Source: Vitrella brassicaformis CCMP3155 (taxonomy: Eukaryota; Protista; Chromerida). Taken from it: a stretch of DNA of 64,000 nt. Under the pieces are notes generated by a model. That model saw only the letters and a list, made by a program, of their open reading frames with translations, was not told the DNA's origin and ran no database searches. The stretch covers positions 62,001 to 126,000 of the forward strand of contig CDMY01000240.1 of assembly GCA_001179505.1 (NCBI GenBank), in the 5' to 3' direction. Made by a program: the position numbers and the translations under genes. Within the stretch, counting starts at the first letter, position 1. Each line of letters begins with the position of its first letter. This document shows positions 1-11,000 of this stretch, piece after piece.

Positions 1-161
1 GGCGTCGTTGTGCCTCGTGCACTGCACGTGGTCAACTTATGAAGGGTGAGAGAAGAACCACGCAAGCCGATTCAAAATGCACTCGCTGTTTGCTTCCTTG
101 TGTGTGTTCTGTGTGCTCTCTGGCAGATGGTTGCCATGTGCTGACTGAGTGAGTCGTGGCG

Positions 162-1221
162 ATGTCTGATTTGGTGCCCGACGACCTGTGGCGGAGGCGC
201 ATTCTGCCGTCCCTTCTCGTCCATGAGGCGGTCTGTGTCCGAGCGACCTGCCGGCCGAAGGCGGCTCTGGTGACCGCCGCTCTGCTGGTGGAGCGCATCG
301 ACGGCTCCCTCGCCCGCCACTCCCTCACCGGCCTCATCGACATCGACCGCACCGCCCCTCTCCCATTCACCTATGTGCTGCGGGCGGCCTATGTGCTGGA
401 GCAGGGCAGCAACGAGTGGCCTGGGATGCGGCGGTTCATCCGGCTGGCCGCCATCTATCGGCTGACGCCTGCCAATGGGCTGCCCCTGGTGCTGTCGGCT
501 CAGTGGCTGACAGCCCACCTTCCCAGCAGGACGGCATTCCATCAGCTGCCATGGGCGATGGCCATCTACAAGATCATCGGCAATCTATCGGCTGTTCGGC
601 CACCGGCTCACAGACGCAGGGAACAGCCTGGCGCTGCAGCAAATCGACGACAACGGACGCTATCGGATCGCCGGCGGTTGGCCGTTTCGTGTGGTGCCGT
701 TGGGTGAGCTGCCGGGCGGCCATGGCTATGCTGAGGGCTACAAGCGGACCGACCCCGTCATCCGCTGGCCGGCCCTCCTCTTCCCCTCATTCTCGACATT
801 CCTGCTGGAGAGGGTACTCGTCAGGTGGTGCTATGGTAAAGGAGCGGGCCAGAGGAAGGTGCTGCGTGCAGTCATCGGCCGTGATGATGCTCGGTATGGC
901 CGTGTGCTGCTGACCGATAGCATCACAGAGGGTCTGGGCATCGTCGCCGACTTCCGCTACGATGGGGGCAATCTGAATGATGCGAATCCGATTGTTTTTC
1001 GTAGTGTCATTGTGAGCGGCTGGCGACCCAACGAGACCATCGCTGCTCACCTGTGGTTGGGAAGTGGCTACATCTATCTGTTCACGACCGAGGCACCCGT
1101 GGCTGATCGGTCTCAGCCGCTCGCCGACCGCTTCCCCGTGTCGGTTGGCGCCGCCCGCCGTCTGCTGCGGCCATTAGGTCTCGAGAGTGACGTCATCGAC
1201 AGGGGGACCGTGGTGGGGTGA
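162..1221 (+). pseudogene. Lineage-specific superfamily, type I (F-box-like N-terminus), copy A; frameshifted
   Basis: ORFs 156-707 and 691-1221 together align with paralogues at 18746, 26802 and 32679. A 19-bp insertion (564-582, atctacaagatcatcggca) precedes the normal atctatcggctgttcggc and shifts the frame. It ends with the family terminus DVIDRGTVVG*. Confidence 0.8.
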
Positions 1222-2023
1222 GAGGTGCCGACTGGCGCCTGATATGGTTCAACTTGGTGCTTTTAATGAGTTGGGGCAGGCTAATGGCTGCATGGGTGTC
1301 CATGTGTGTGTGTCCGTGTGTGTGTCTGAGCACTGACGCACATAGACTGACTTGAGTGCTCCGTAGGTCAGCGACAGTGACGATGACAAATTTCCCTTAC
1401 TCTCCGTATTTATGTACATAAACGTCCGTCCATCCGAACAGACCACAGGGCACTCACACAGACAGACAGACAGACAGACGGACGGACAGACGGACACACG
1501 CCCGTGCGTCCCACTCGCACGGCTAATAAAGGCCCCCCCTCCTCCCTCCCGCCCCTCTAGCTGTCGTCACTCGCGGACAAAATTGCGGGGAGGGGTCAAT
1601 CAATCGCAGCAACAGCCAAGATATGGCACACTCCATGCAGCACTTAAGACTAATCACCAAGCGTACCAATCACAATACCTGGCCCCATAGCAGCACAGAC
1701 GAACAGACGCAGCCAACGAGCAATCGGACAGGCTCAAATGTGAGTAGGGTGGGTGTGTCTGTGAGACACACACACAAACACACACACAGAGAGAGAGAGT
1801 CAGAGAGACGGAGACATTTTCCCCGTCCGGCCATCATATCAGACGCAGTGCTCAACGCCCAAGGCAGAACGGTGTGTGTCCATTTGTGGCTGGCCGCCCT
1901 CCTTCAGCTCATCAGAGATAGCAAAGAGCACAGCAAAGCCCAGAGACGCAGAGAGAACAGGCAGGCCGAGAGAGACACAGAACACAAAACACAAACCACA
2001 CAAATAGCCGGCTGTCTGCCCCG

Positions 2024-5000
2024 TCACGGCCTAACGACTATACGTCCCTCCTCGACAGCCTTGATGAGGTCCTTGAGGCCCCGCTTTTTCTTCTCAGCCG
2101 CCTTGGCCACCCACTCCTCCCTCGCCTTCTCTCGCGCAAAGTTCTTCAAGTCGTCCAAACGCGCCTGTGCCGCCTTGGTCGCCGCCTGACGACCGTCGAC
2201 CCCCGTGCCCTTGCCCTTCGCAGGAGGTCCTGAGATGGCCGGCCCCTGCAGCCACGATATCTCGTTAGACACCCGTTCATATTGCCGGCTGTGGGTGAGG
2301 ATCTTGTCGAGTGCTCGGCCGGGCTGCCCCGTCTCCTCCTGCCGCCTCATCATGCTCTCCCGTGTGGCTATCGGCGGGTGGCGACCGAGCCTCGTCTGCA
2401 GCTTGCGGCTGCTGGCGTGCTTCCTCATCTGACCCTTGTAGAAGGCGGAGATGGCCAGGTGGGGCGAGAAGGTGCGCTCGATCTTTCTCTCAGCCTCGTG
2501 TGGGTCGTATAAGGGTTCCGCTTCTTGGTCTTCCGCTTGTGCTCGCGAAGGTTGGCCAGGAGGTTCTCTGTGCGAGTGCGGAGGGAGGGGGAGTATTTGA
2601 TGAGGAAGGCTTGGGTGAGAATGCCCTTTGCCGGCGCCCACATGATGTCATCGGCCTGTCAAACAGCACAGACAGAGACATGTAAGGAGAGGCCATCTTG
2701 TGTGTGTCTCACCTGTGCCACAGCGAAGTTGTCGTTGTGGTTGAAAGCTCCAAAGTTCATCCAATGAGGGTGCCTCATCAGCTACCGGTCATGGAAGCCG
2801 ATCTCCCCCCAGCCCCCCCTGCACCCCCGCAATATATTCAAGATCATGTAGGCTTTGAACACAGGACACAGGAAGAGCTCCCACAGCCACACGAACGCCC
2901 AAAACACCAGCAGGGCACGCACACACGGCGGACCGATGGCATTGTCGCCACTAAGACTGCTGCTGCCGTCAGCTGTCGAGACGGAAGGAGCTGGCACATC
3001 GGTGGCTGTCTGAGTCTGTGTGGCGTTTGGTGGCACTGCGGGTGCAGGAAGGTTTGTCTCTCTCGGCTCATAATCTTGGTCGCCCGCCTGTGGGGCCTCG
3101 AAGGCCCACAAGAGGCTGGTGAGCAGGCTGACTAAAACGGCGAGGAAGAGCACACAGAGGGATATATACAGGCCCTCACTGCGACGCATCTCCCACCAAC
3201 GGGTCACCTGAGTAAAAGGAGAGAGTGACAGAATTGACTCCATGTCTCTGATAAAAATATTTGAGGCCTACGGTGAGGAGCACAGGGGGCGATCGGTGGG
3301 CCGCTCTCAGAGTTTCTTTGCGAAAGCAGCCGGCGTCGAGATGTCTCATCACCGGCAGGGACAGAATGATCGACAGGGGGACCACCTACACACATGAGAC
3401 AGACATAAGACGGAGCGAGAGACACGACCATCCCATCTCCAATTTCCTCCTTTTTCTTTCTTTGGCTGACTGGCCATACATACCCATGCAGCCGTGCTGA
3501 TGAGCCCCAAACCTGACCCCGGCACCAGCCATCGCGGCAGCATGAGCACAAACAGGGAAGACCACAGCATCGGACACACCAGCCGCACGCTCAGCAGCAG
3601 CACCTGCTCCACGGTCGACAGGTAGGGGTTGCGCAGCCACATGCCGGTGAGAGGGTGTTCGCGGTAGAGCACTCGCTTGGAGATGACATCGTCCTCCATG
3701 CGGAACAGGATGACATACCGCTCGAATATATGGCGGATGGGGTCGTCGGCCCGATCGCGGATGCCCTCGATCCACGCGGCGTCCTCAGGGCGGTAGCCGG
3801 TCTTCCAGCCCTCCCCGCCCTGCTCGAAGAAGGCCAGGGCGCGCTCCATTTCTTCGTCCTGGATGGTGCTCTCCTCCCGCTGAGACCTCTGCTGACGCAT
3901 GGCGCGGGCGGCCGCAAATGCCAAGTCGCGACCACCTGAAACCCCTGCCTCTCTGCAACACACAACCAATGGTGGAGAATGGATTGTCCTCATTCTAGTT
4001 AGTGGTCATCATGATGCATGCCATTGAGCCACACCTTCTTCTCCTTGCAGGCTCGATTCCATTCAGCGGCGACACGAGGGCCTCGAGGACGTCGATCAGC
4101 TCAGGTTTCGCAGCCTCTTCGGGTGCTTCTTCGGTCCGTTGTGGTAGGGGTGGGGCGGCCGGCCGCTGGAAGAGTGTCGCGCGGCGGCGCTGAGTGGCAA
4201 TGTTGACAAACTGCGCGGCCTCGCCTGTCGTGTGGAACAGTATCTGAGCCGAAGAGCGAACACATGCATACGGGACAGACAGGACAAGTGTGTGTGCATA
4301 TGGTCTGCACGGTAAAGTCACCTTTACAGTGAAAAATGGCTGCGGCCCGACTGTCTCGCGCCTTCTGCACTTGAGGACGACTCTCCGCCCCTCCTCGCCC
4401 GGCAAACAGGGCAGCATCGGGTCGCTGCCGTCAACCAAGTCGGCAGCCACAACGTCCGTCCACTGAAGGCTGCTTACGAGCTCGGCCTCCTCGGGCAGCG
4501 CCGACGGCACCTGGTAGTCGCGGCTTCTTCTGTCCAGCCGAGCGTCGAGCACCGATGCCATCCTGCTGGCCGCGTGCATCACCGAGTCACGCCTGTTGCG
4601 CGCGAAGGGCCCCGAGGGCGCTGCGTGTCTCTGTCTTTTTGAGCGCTGACTTCCATCTCCACGTCGTGTCTGCTGCGGGTGCTCCGCAGGACGGTCGTGG
4701 GCGCGCCTGCGCCATCGTCATTATCGACAGCGGACAGCCGGAAGTCGAGCCCTTTCTGGTCGGCTTGCACTGAGAAAAGGAAGGGCGTCAGGTCCTCAGG
4801 GGCGACAGGCGGCGGCATTTCGGCCTCCTCTTCTGCCTCAGACATCTTCTCGTCCCGCCGTGGCTGCAACACCATCCCTCGTCTCATTGACGGGCTGGGC
4901 GTCGCTTCTCCGGCCAGGCGCGGGTCGGTCGACAGCTGCACTTCAATGACGACAGGGTACCTCTGGCCCATCCAGGCCGCTTCCCGGGGCGCTATCACCC

Positions 5001-8000
5001 GAGTGGACTCTTGGTAGGCTGCAAGTCGCCATTTGTCTTGCTCGGAGACCTCTGACTCTTCAGCTGTGTGTGCGGTGGCTTCCTCTGACGTCTCCTCTTC
5101 CCCGCCCTCTTCGCTCTCCGGCCGCAGCGGGGCCTCCAGCATGGCTTCAAAGACATCCGTCTTTATGCCGCCGAAGTATTCATCTTCTGTCCTCGGCTGT
5201 TCTGGGGCGATGCCGATGGATACCCTTCTCTGTCGATAGCCTGCAGCTTTTCTCGCTTCTCTGAGCACCAGCATTGTGTCTCTCATGAGCCGGTCCACCC
5301 CCTCCTCCTCGCTGACCACCTCCCGCCGTCTCGTGGGCGATTTCTTCCCAGTGCCCTTGACGTCAAGCGCTGACGGTTCTGCGAACACCCCTGCAGCCCC
5401 CTCTGAGCCCTCCTCCATCAAGTCGAGCTCGCCCACCTCGGATGTGCGAAACGTTATGAGCGGGTGCTCTGGCGGCTGCTCGGACAGCTCACTCACCTCC
5501 TCTTCCTCCTCATCACCAAACGGCTCCTCACCTGCGAAGGCCGGCAGCATGGCAGAAGGGAGGAACTCGCCGGGCCTCGGCGGTGGTGGCGGTGGCTCTG
5601 GGGCCATGACTGCCTGTCGGAGCATCGCCAGCTCTGCCTCGTGCTCCACCTCGGGGGGCCGCGATGGCGGGGCGCGCGAGAGGTCAGCGAATCGGAGGGA
5701 AGGGGAGGGGAGGTCGCCAGCCAAGAGGCTGACGATTGGGCGCCGGCGTTCCTCATCGACCTTCTGGTGCCTGAAGGTGGAGACACGCAAAAATGAAATG
5801 GCGAGATTGGCAGATTGTTCTGGCTTACTTCCTGGCGGTCCAGTATTTCTGAATGACTTGTGAGGCCTGGTCCAGCCGGCGGTGGAAGACCTGCATGACG
5901 ACCCGCCGCCGCACCTCGGCGAAGGTGAGGCCCCACAATTGGGACTCCATGGGGGGAATCAGATCCTCCCATATCTCATCCTCAACGTGCTCCGCCAACA
6001 CGCGGAAGAAACTAGAGAGACAAGAAAATGGCACACCAACACACTTTCGCGTCTCTTTGTTCGCTCCGCTCACACGAGGAGCAGTGTCTGCACAGGGAGG
6101 AGACCATTTGGGGGGCTGTAGACAGGCAGCAGGAACTTGCGGTTCTGCTCGACCACATGGGAGGCCTCATCCAGCATCTCCGGGAGGTCAAGCCACCCCA
6201 CTGGATCGGTCGGGCTGAGGAGGATGCCCAGCCTGCGGCACGTGAAGCGTCGCTGCAGTGCGGGGTTCTGCAGGATGGGAAGGGCGTCGATCACTGCCGA
6301 GAGGCGACACCAACCTGAAATGCGAAGAGGGTATCATCGTCTGTAGAGACATGTGTCTCTGTGTGAGGTCAGGTTGTCTCACCAAACCACACGCCAGCAT
6401 CTTGCTCGAAGGCCTCCGTCTCTTTGACGATGCCCATGAGCAGGTCCTTGGCCTCTGCCTCAATTGCGCTGGAAAACTGCTCCCTAGCCGATTTCCGCTT
6501 CCTCGCCCGGCGCCCCGTGAGCACCCCCTCAGCCTGGTAGTCCTCGCCCCACACACGGCCGCTGATCGTGCCTGTCGGCTTGGCACGCATGCGCTCCCGG
6601 CTGAGCCGACCGATGAGAGGCGTCCGCTCTAGATGGGTTTTGATGAATATGAGGGAGAGGTCCCCTAGGTAGGGATAAGCGCTGAGGTCGCGGCGTCGGG
6701 CGAGGACGGCCAGGGCGATCAGCAGGACCAGCAGCATGAAGATGACGAAAGCGGGCACCCAGGGGGTCTGAAGCTTCACTTCGTCAGGCTCTAGCGCCAT
6801 CCTGCGCAGACGTGTACACACAGACGCAGAAGTACCACTTTGTTTCCCACTTTCTGTCTTTTTTCTTCCTGCTGGTTACTCACACGGGTGCGGCCTTCCT
6901 CGGATGCAGCTGTGATGGGGGGAAGGCCGCGTGCTGTGCGAGCCTTGTGCATGCGCATGTGACGCCATCGCTCCTCACCTGCACTGCCCGGCACCCCCGC
7001 TCACTCCATTCGTCATCGGCTCCCTCCCGCGACCGACATGCGACACTCTGCCGACTGTCCATCAGCCCCTGAGACACCGGCTTGGACGTGGGCAGCCAGA
7101 CCAGCAATGGCAAAGACATGTCGGTGACCGGCAGGGGTGCGCCGGAGGGCAGGTGTGCAGTAAGGAAGACGAGCTCGGAGAGGCGGCTGGTCGTTGGCAG
7201 GTCTGTTTCAGGCATGTAGCCGCTGGCGTTGTCTCGGAGCATCCGAACAGACGGAGACGAGGACACGCCGCCACCTCCCGGGTCGTCCCGCCAGCGCTCC
7301 GCCACCAGGGACACGTTGCCGACCGTCTCGTTGTCCAGCGTCACCGAGGACGACTCACGGAACGCCTCGTACAGCTCGTATCTTGGCAAGACTAGCCCAT
7401 GGCTGCAGCTACTGGGGCTGTCGTGGGTGCTCAGCGTCATGAGGAGGCTGCCGCCCATCCATGGCACTGTGGAAAGGGTGCATGGAGGCCGGGCGGGGAC
7501 GCGGCGGTAAGCCATGGGCAGGGACTGAAGGTCGGTGTCGTTGGCCAAGGGGTCTGTCATCGTTCGGACAGAAGACATTTGAACGCGCATCGTCACCAGC
7601 GGATTGGCAAGCTGTTAAGACACCGGCAAGAGAGAGAGAGAGAGAGAGAAATGCATCTGCCGGGAGCGTGTGCAGAGGTTACCAGTGTCATTGGTGGCCC
7701 GTCAGGCGTCAGCAGCTCCAGCGACTTGTTGGCAAAGATCCTCTGGACTGACAATACCGACGCCTGCAAGAGACGCGCTTTGCGCACACCTTAACAAAAC
7801 ACATATTTTTCCTCGAAAGTGCTGACCAATATGGCCGCCGCTTCCGGGTCTGCAGGAGTCTGTTCGTATGGGTTTTCCTCGTCCACTGGTGGCTCTCCCG
7901 GATAGGTCAGCCGCGCCGCGAGATCTGCCATCCCTCCCAGCGCCTCGCCGAGCATATCGACAAAAGACAGGGGGATATCCGCAAAGGACGTGCAGTGGAC

Positions 8001-11000
8001 GGTGTGCCGGAGGATGTCTAGGATGAGCGACGCCGCGTGTGTCGCGGCTGTGGCTTGGAATAGATCGTGGCTGAGCAGCTCGGTCACTTGGGCCGTTTGT
8101 GCCCGAGACCAGTCCACAGGGGCGCAGCCAACACGCGCCTGACCAACAGTCGCCAAACTCATCGCGTCTTTCGTGTGGGAATGAATGGCTACCTGTATGG
8201 TGCGCAGGGTCTGCAGTGTGTCGTTGACCATTCGCGGCGAATACGGGATGTCTCCTGACGTCGTCGCTCGTACCGTTGCCGTCACACCTGCCAGAAGCTG
8301 GCCCGTGTGACTCATGTCAGACACCACTCGCAAATCTGAACGCACACACATTCACAGCCACGCACTCTTCTCTCTCTGCCACATGCACGGTGCCTCTCTC
8401 AGCCACCGACCCCTCATGGCCCGATCGGTGGCATTCATCCCCCGCTCGCCGGTCGTGAGGCCCACATTAATGGCCTCCAACACAGCAGCCTCCGACACGG
8501 CGCCAAAGACGTCCCTCGCCCTCCCCCAAACCATCACCCACGACCGGTCAGTGGGCCGGTCGGTCACCGAGCCGGCCGGCAGACGGGCGAGTATGGTTGG
8601 GGATGAGACGTATTCTGTGTGGTGTAGGGGCAGCTGGCGGGCCACGGTGACAAAGTCGGGCGAAGTGGAGAGGATGCACGTGTAGAAGGAGAAGGACAGG
8701 GGGCTTCCGATGTCATTGGGCATTTCGGGGTCGATCCAGCCCGTGTGGGTGATCTCAAACACACTCAGGAAGCTGTACGCTGGCCCTGCACTCACGGAAG
8801 AAAGAGGTATGCGACCGACCATGTTGCTTATTTGCTCTGTCTCCTTGACCGACCGTCAGTGAGGGTGACGTCGATGCGGCCATTCACAGGCGGCAGGTTT
8901 GGGACCATCTCGCCTATCGAATGTCCTTCATGCAACCGCAGCCGATACGGCATCTCCCACCTGCTCGTCAGGTCACTTTGTCGGAATTCCACAGCATAGC
9001 TATCGATCCCTTTCCTGCTCTCTTGGCTCGGTGTCAGCGACACGTCTCGCCCAAAGGATGGGTCGAGAGGCGCCGTTAACAGCACCCTCGGCGCTGCTGA
9101 TGAGACCAATGGACAAGCAAGCGATTCATCGGTCGGGACAGCCAGGCCGATCTCTGTCTCCGCCAGAGGGTCGACGATGGTGCATTGCGGCTCCCGCAGT
9201 CGGGTTCTGTGACATGGCTGTCCTTGAACGGCAGAAAAGGAGCCGTCTTGTTGTGGCTCGACCAACGGCGGCTCGTCGTCTGTGTCGTTGACAACGATAT
9301 GCGAGACGGTCGGCACGTCCACGTGAAGCGAAGAAGGAAGGTCAGCAGGGGCACTCGCGTTGACAGGGGCTTTTGCAAGAGGCCGCGGTGGCAACAGAAA
9401 GGCATTGCTGGAGAGGCCGGAATCGTTGACAAATGTGTAGGCGGTCGATGGATCGATAACGGGGTGAGCGTGAGCGAGGCTCGCCATCTCGATGGATGCC
9501 TTTACCTCAATCCATCCCGCCGGCTGAGACATGAAGGCCACAAACAATGTGAAAAAGAGACAACCTTCGGAAGTGGCGTTACCGGCTTGTCGATCTTCCA
9601 CCACGTCTCCTCGACAGGGTCGGTGTTTGTCTCATCAGCTCGCGTCAGCATGTCCGTGCAGTTCTGAGCGTATATCTGCAGGCTGATAAAGAGGTTTTCG
9701 GGGGCTGGCTGGGGCCACGGTGGGTCGTCAGACACCAAGAAAGGCAGCCGTGTGAGAGGCAGAAACCGACACGACACGACCAGCCTGAAGTCGCAAAAAC
9801 GGATGGATGAGCAGGTGAAGGTGTATTGCGTTCGGCGAACCTGGTGTCGTTGTGGACGGCCGATTGGGGGATGGGGTGCTGCGTTGCAATGTGCACAACG
9901 AGGGGACATTCGGGACCGATATGCATTGGCGCCCCGATTTCAACCCGATTCTTGAGGCCGTTCTCAACGATTCGGACTGAGACACGCATGTGAACGACGC
10001 GTATCAGAGAGAGGTGCGAGTGCTGCCGGCTGCTTATGTACCTGTAAAGGTCACTTCAGCCCTTCCCAATATGGGTTCATCCGTCAGGGCCTCATCCTCC
10101 TCCACCAGATCTCCCAGCCCCCACAGCAGAGATGACGCCTCACCACCAGCACCACCCGTGACAGCTTCCACGGTCTGCAGTTGTCTCCCCTCCTCGTCTG
10201 GAGCACCAGTGGTCGTCATCGCGTTCTCGTCCTCAGGGGGCTCCTCTGTCGTCGTTGCATTGATGTCATATATTGGTTTGTCTCGCCCCCTGTCAGCTGG
10301 TGGACTGACTACTGGAAGCACTGGGTCGACCTCTTTCCTCTTGGGAACACGGTAGAAACGCTGTGTGACGGAGACATTGATGTACATGTACAGGCCCGGC
10401 GGGAGCGAGGCAGGAGGGATGGCGATGTGCTGCTGCAGCAGGGGGGATGCTGGGAATGTCAAATTGACGGGTGTCAGGGAGACCTCGCCACCAAGAAGAA
10501 CTGCCCATTACATGGGATACTTGTTCGTGTCTCGTGTGTATCTTTGTGAGTGGCACCTTGGTATCGATGTGCGGTCCATTGTGTGTCGTTGGGCATTGCC
10601 ACGCGTGTGTCTGTGGTGGTGAGACACGGGAAGGGGACCGAGTTCATCCACCAGGCCTCTTCCGCCGGGTCCAGGTGGTGGTATTGCTGGGAAGGCATCA
10701 ACTCGACACGCAGGTTTATGCCGCTGCTCTCGAACACCTCCTAGACTCCCACACACAGACACATACGGACAGAGACACGAGACACGAGACACGAGACACG
10801 AGACACGAGAACGCTGTCATTCTCACTTGGTGGCTGGGCGAGAGGCTTTGAATTTAGGCAGCACCGTCCTTGGCAGCAACGTCACTTCAAAGTCGGTGCT
10901 CCCTTTCTCGCCAGACACGGCGACCGACACCTCCACACGAAACGCATACACGATGCTGCTGGTGCGATTGATCTCATCAAGGCCGAAGAACAGAGGCATC

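Noticed and set aside
2520-2660. Apparent frameshift near the receptor C-terminus
   Set aside because: A 14-nt mini-exon followed by a GT-AG intron with a good pyrimidine tract joins in frame to EPPGQPSRAQAEDQ.
6290-6380. Apparent frameshift in the giant receptor gene
   Set aside because: The downstream acceptor (cgcatttcag) restores the frame: VWFG|WCRLSAVIDALPIL.
7760-7830. In-frame TAA (7791-7793) as a premature stop
   Set aside because: It lies inside a plausible in-frame intron ending gtctcttgcag.
10768-10810. (GAGACAC)n and the many (GACA)n/(CA)n/(GA)n tracts as special elements
   Set aside because: They are ordinary intronic simple repeats found throughout the window.
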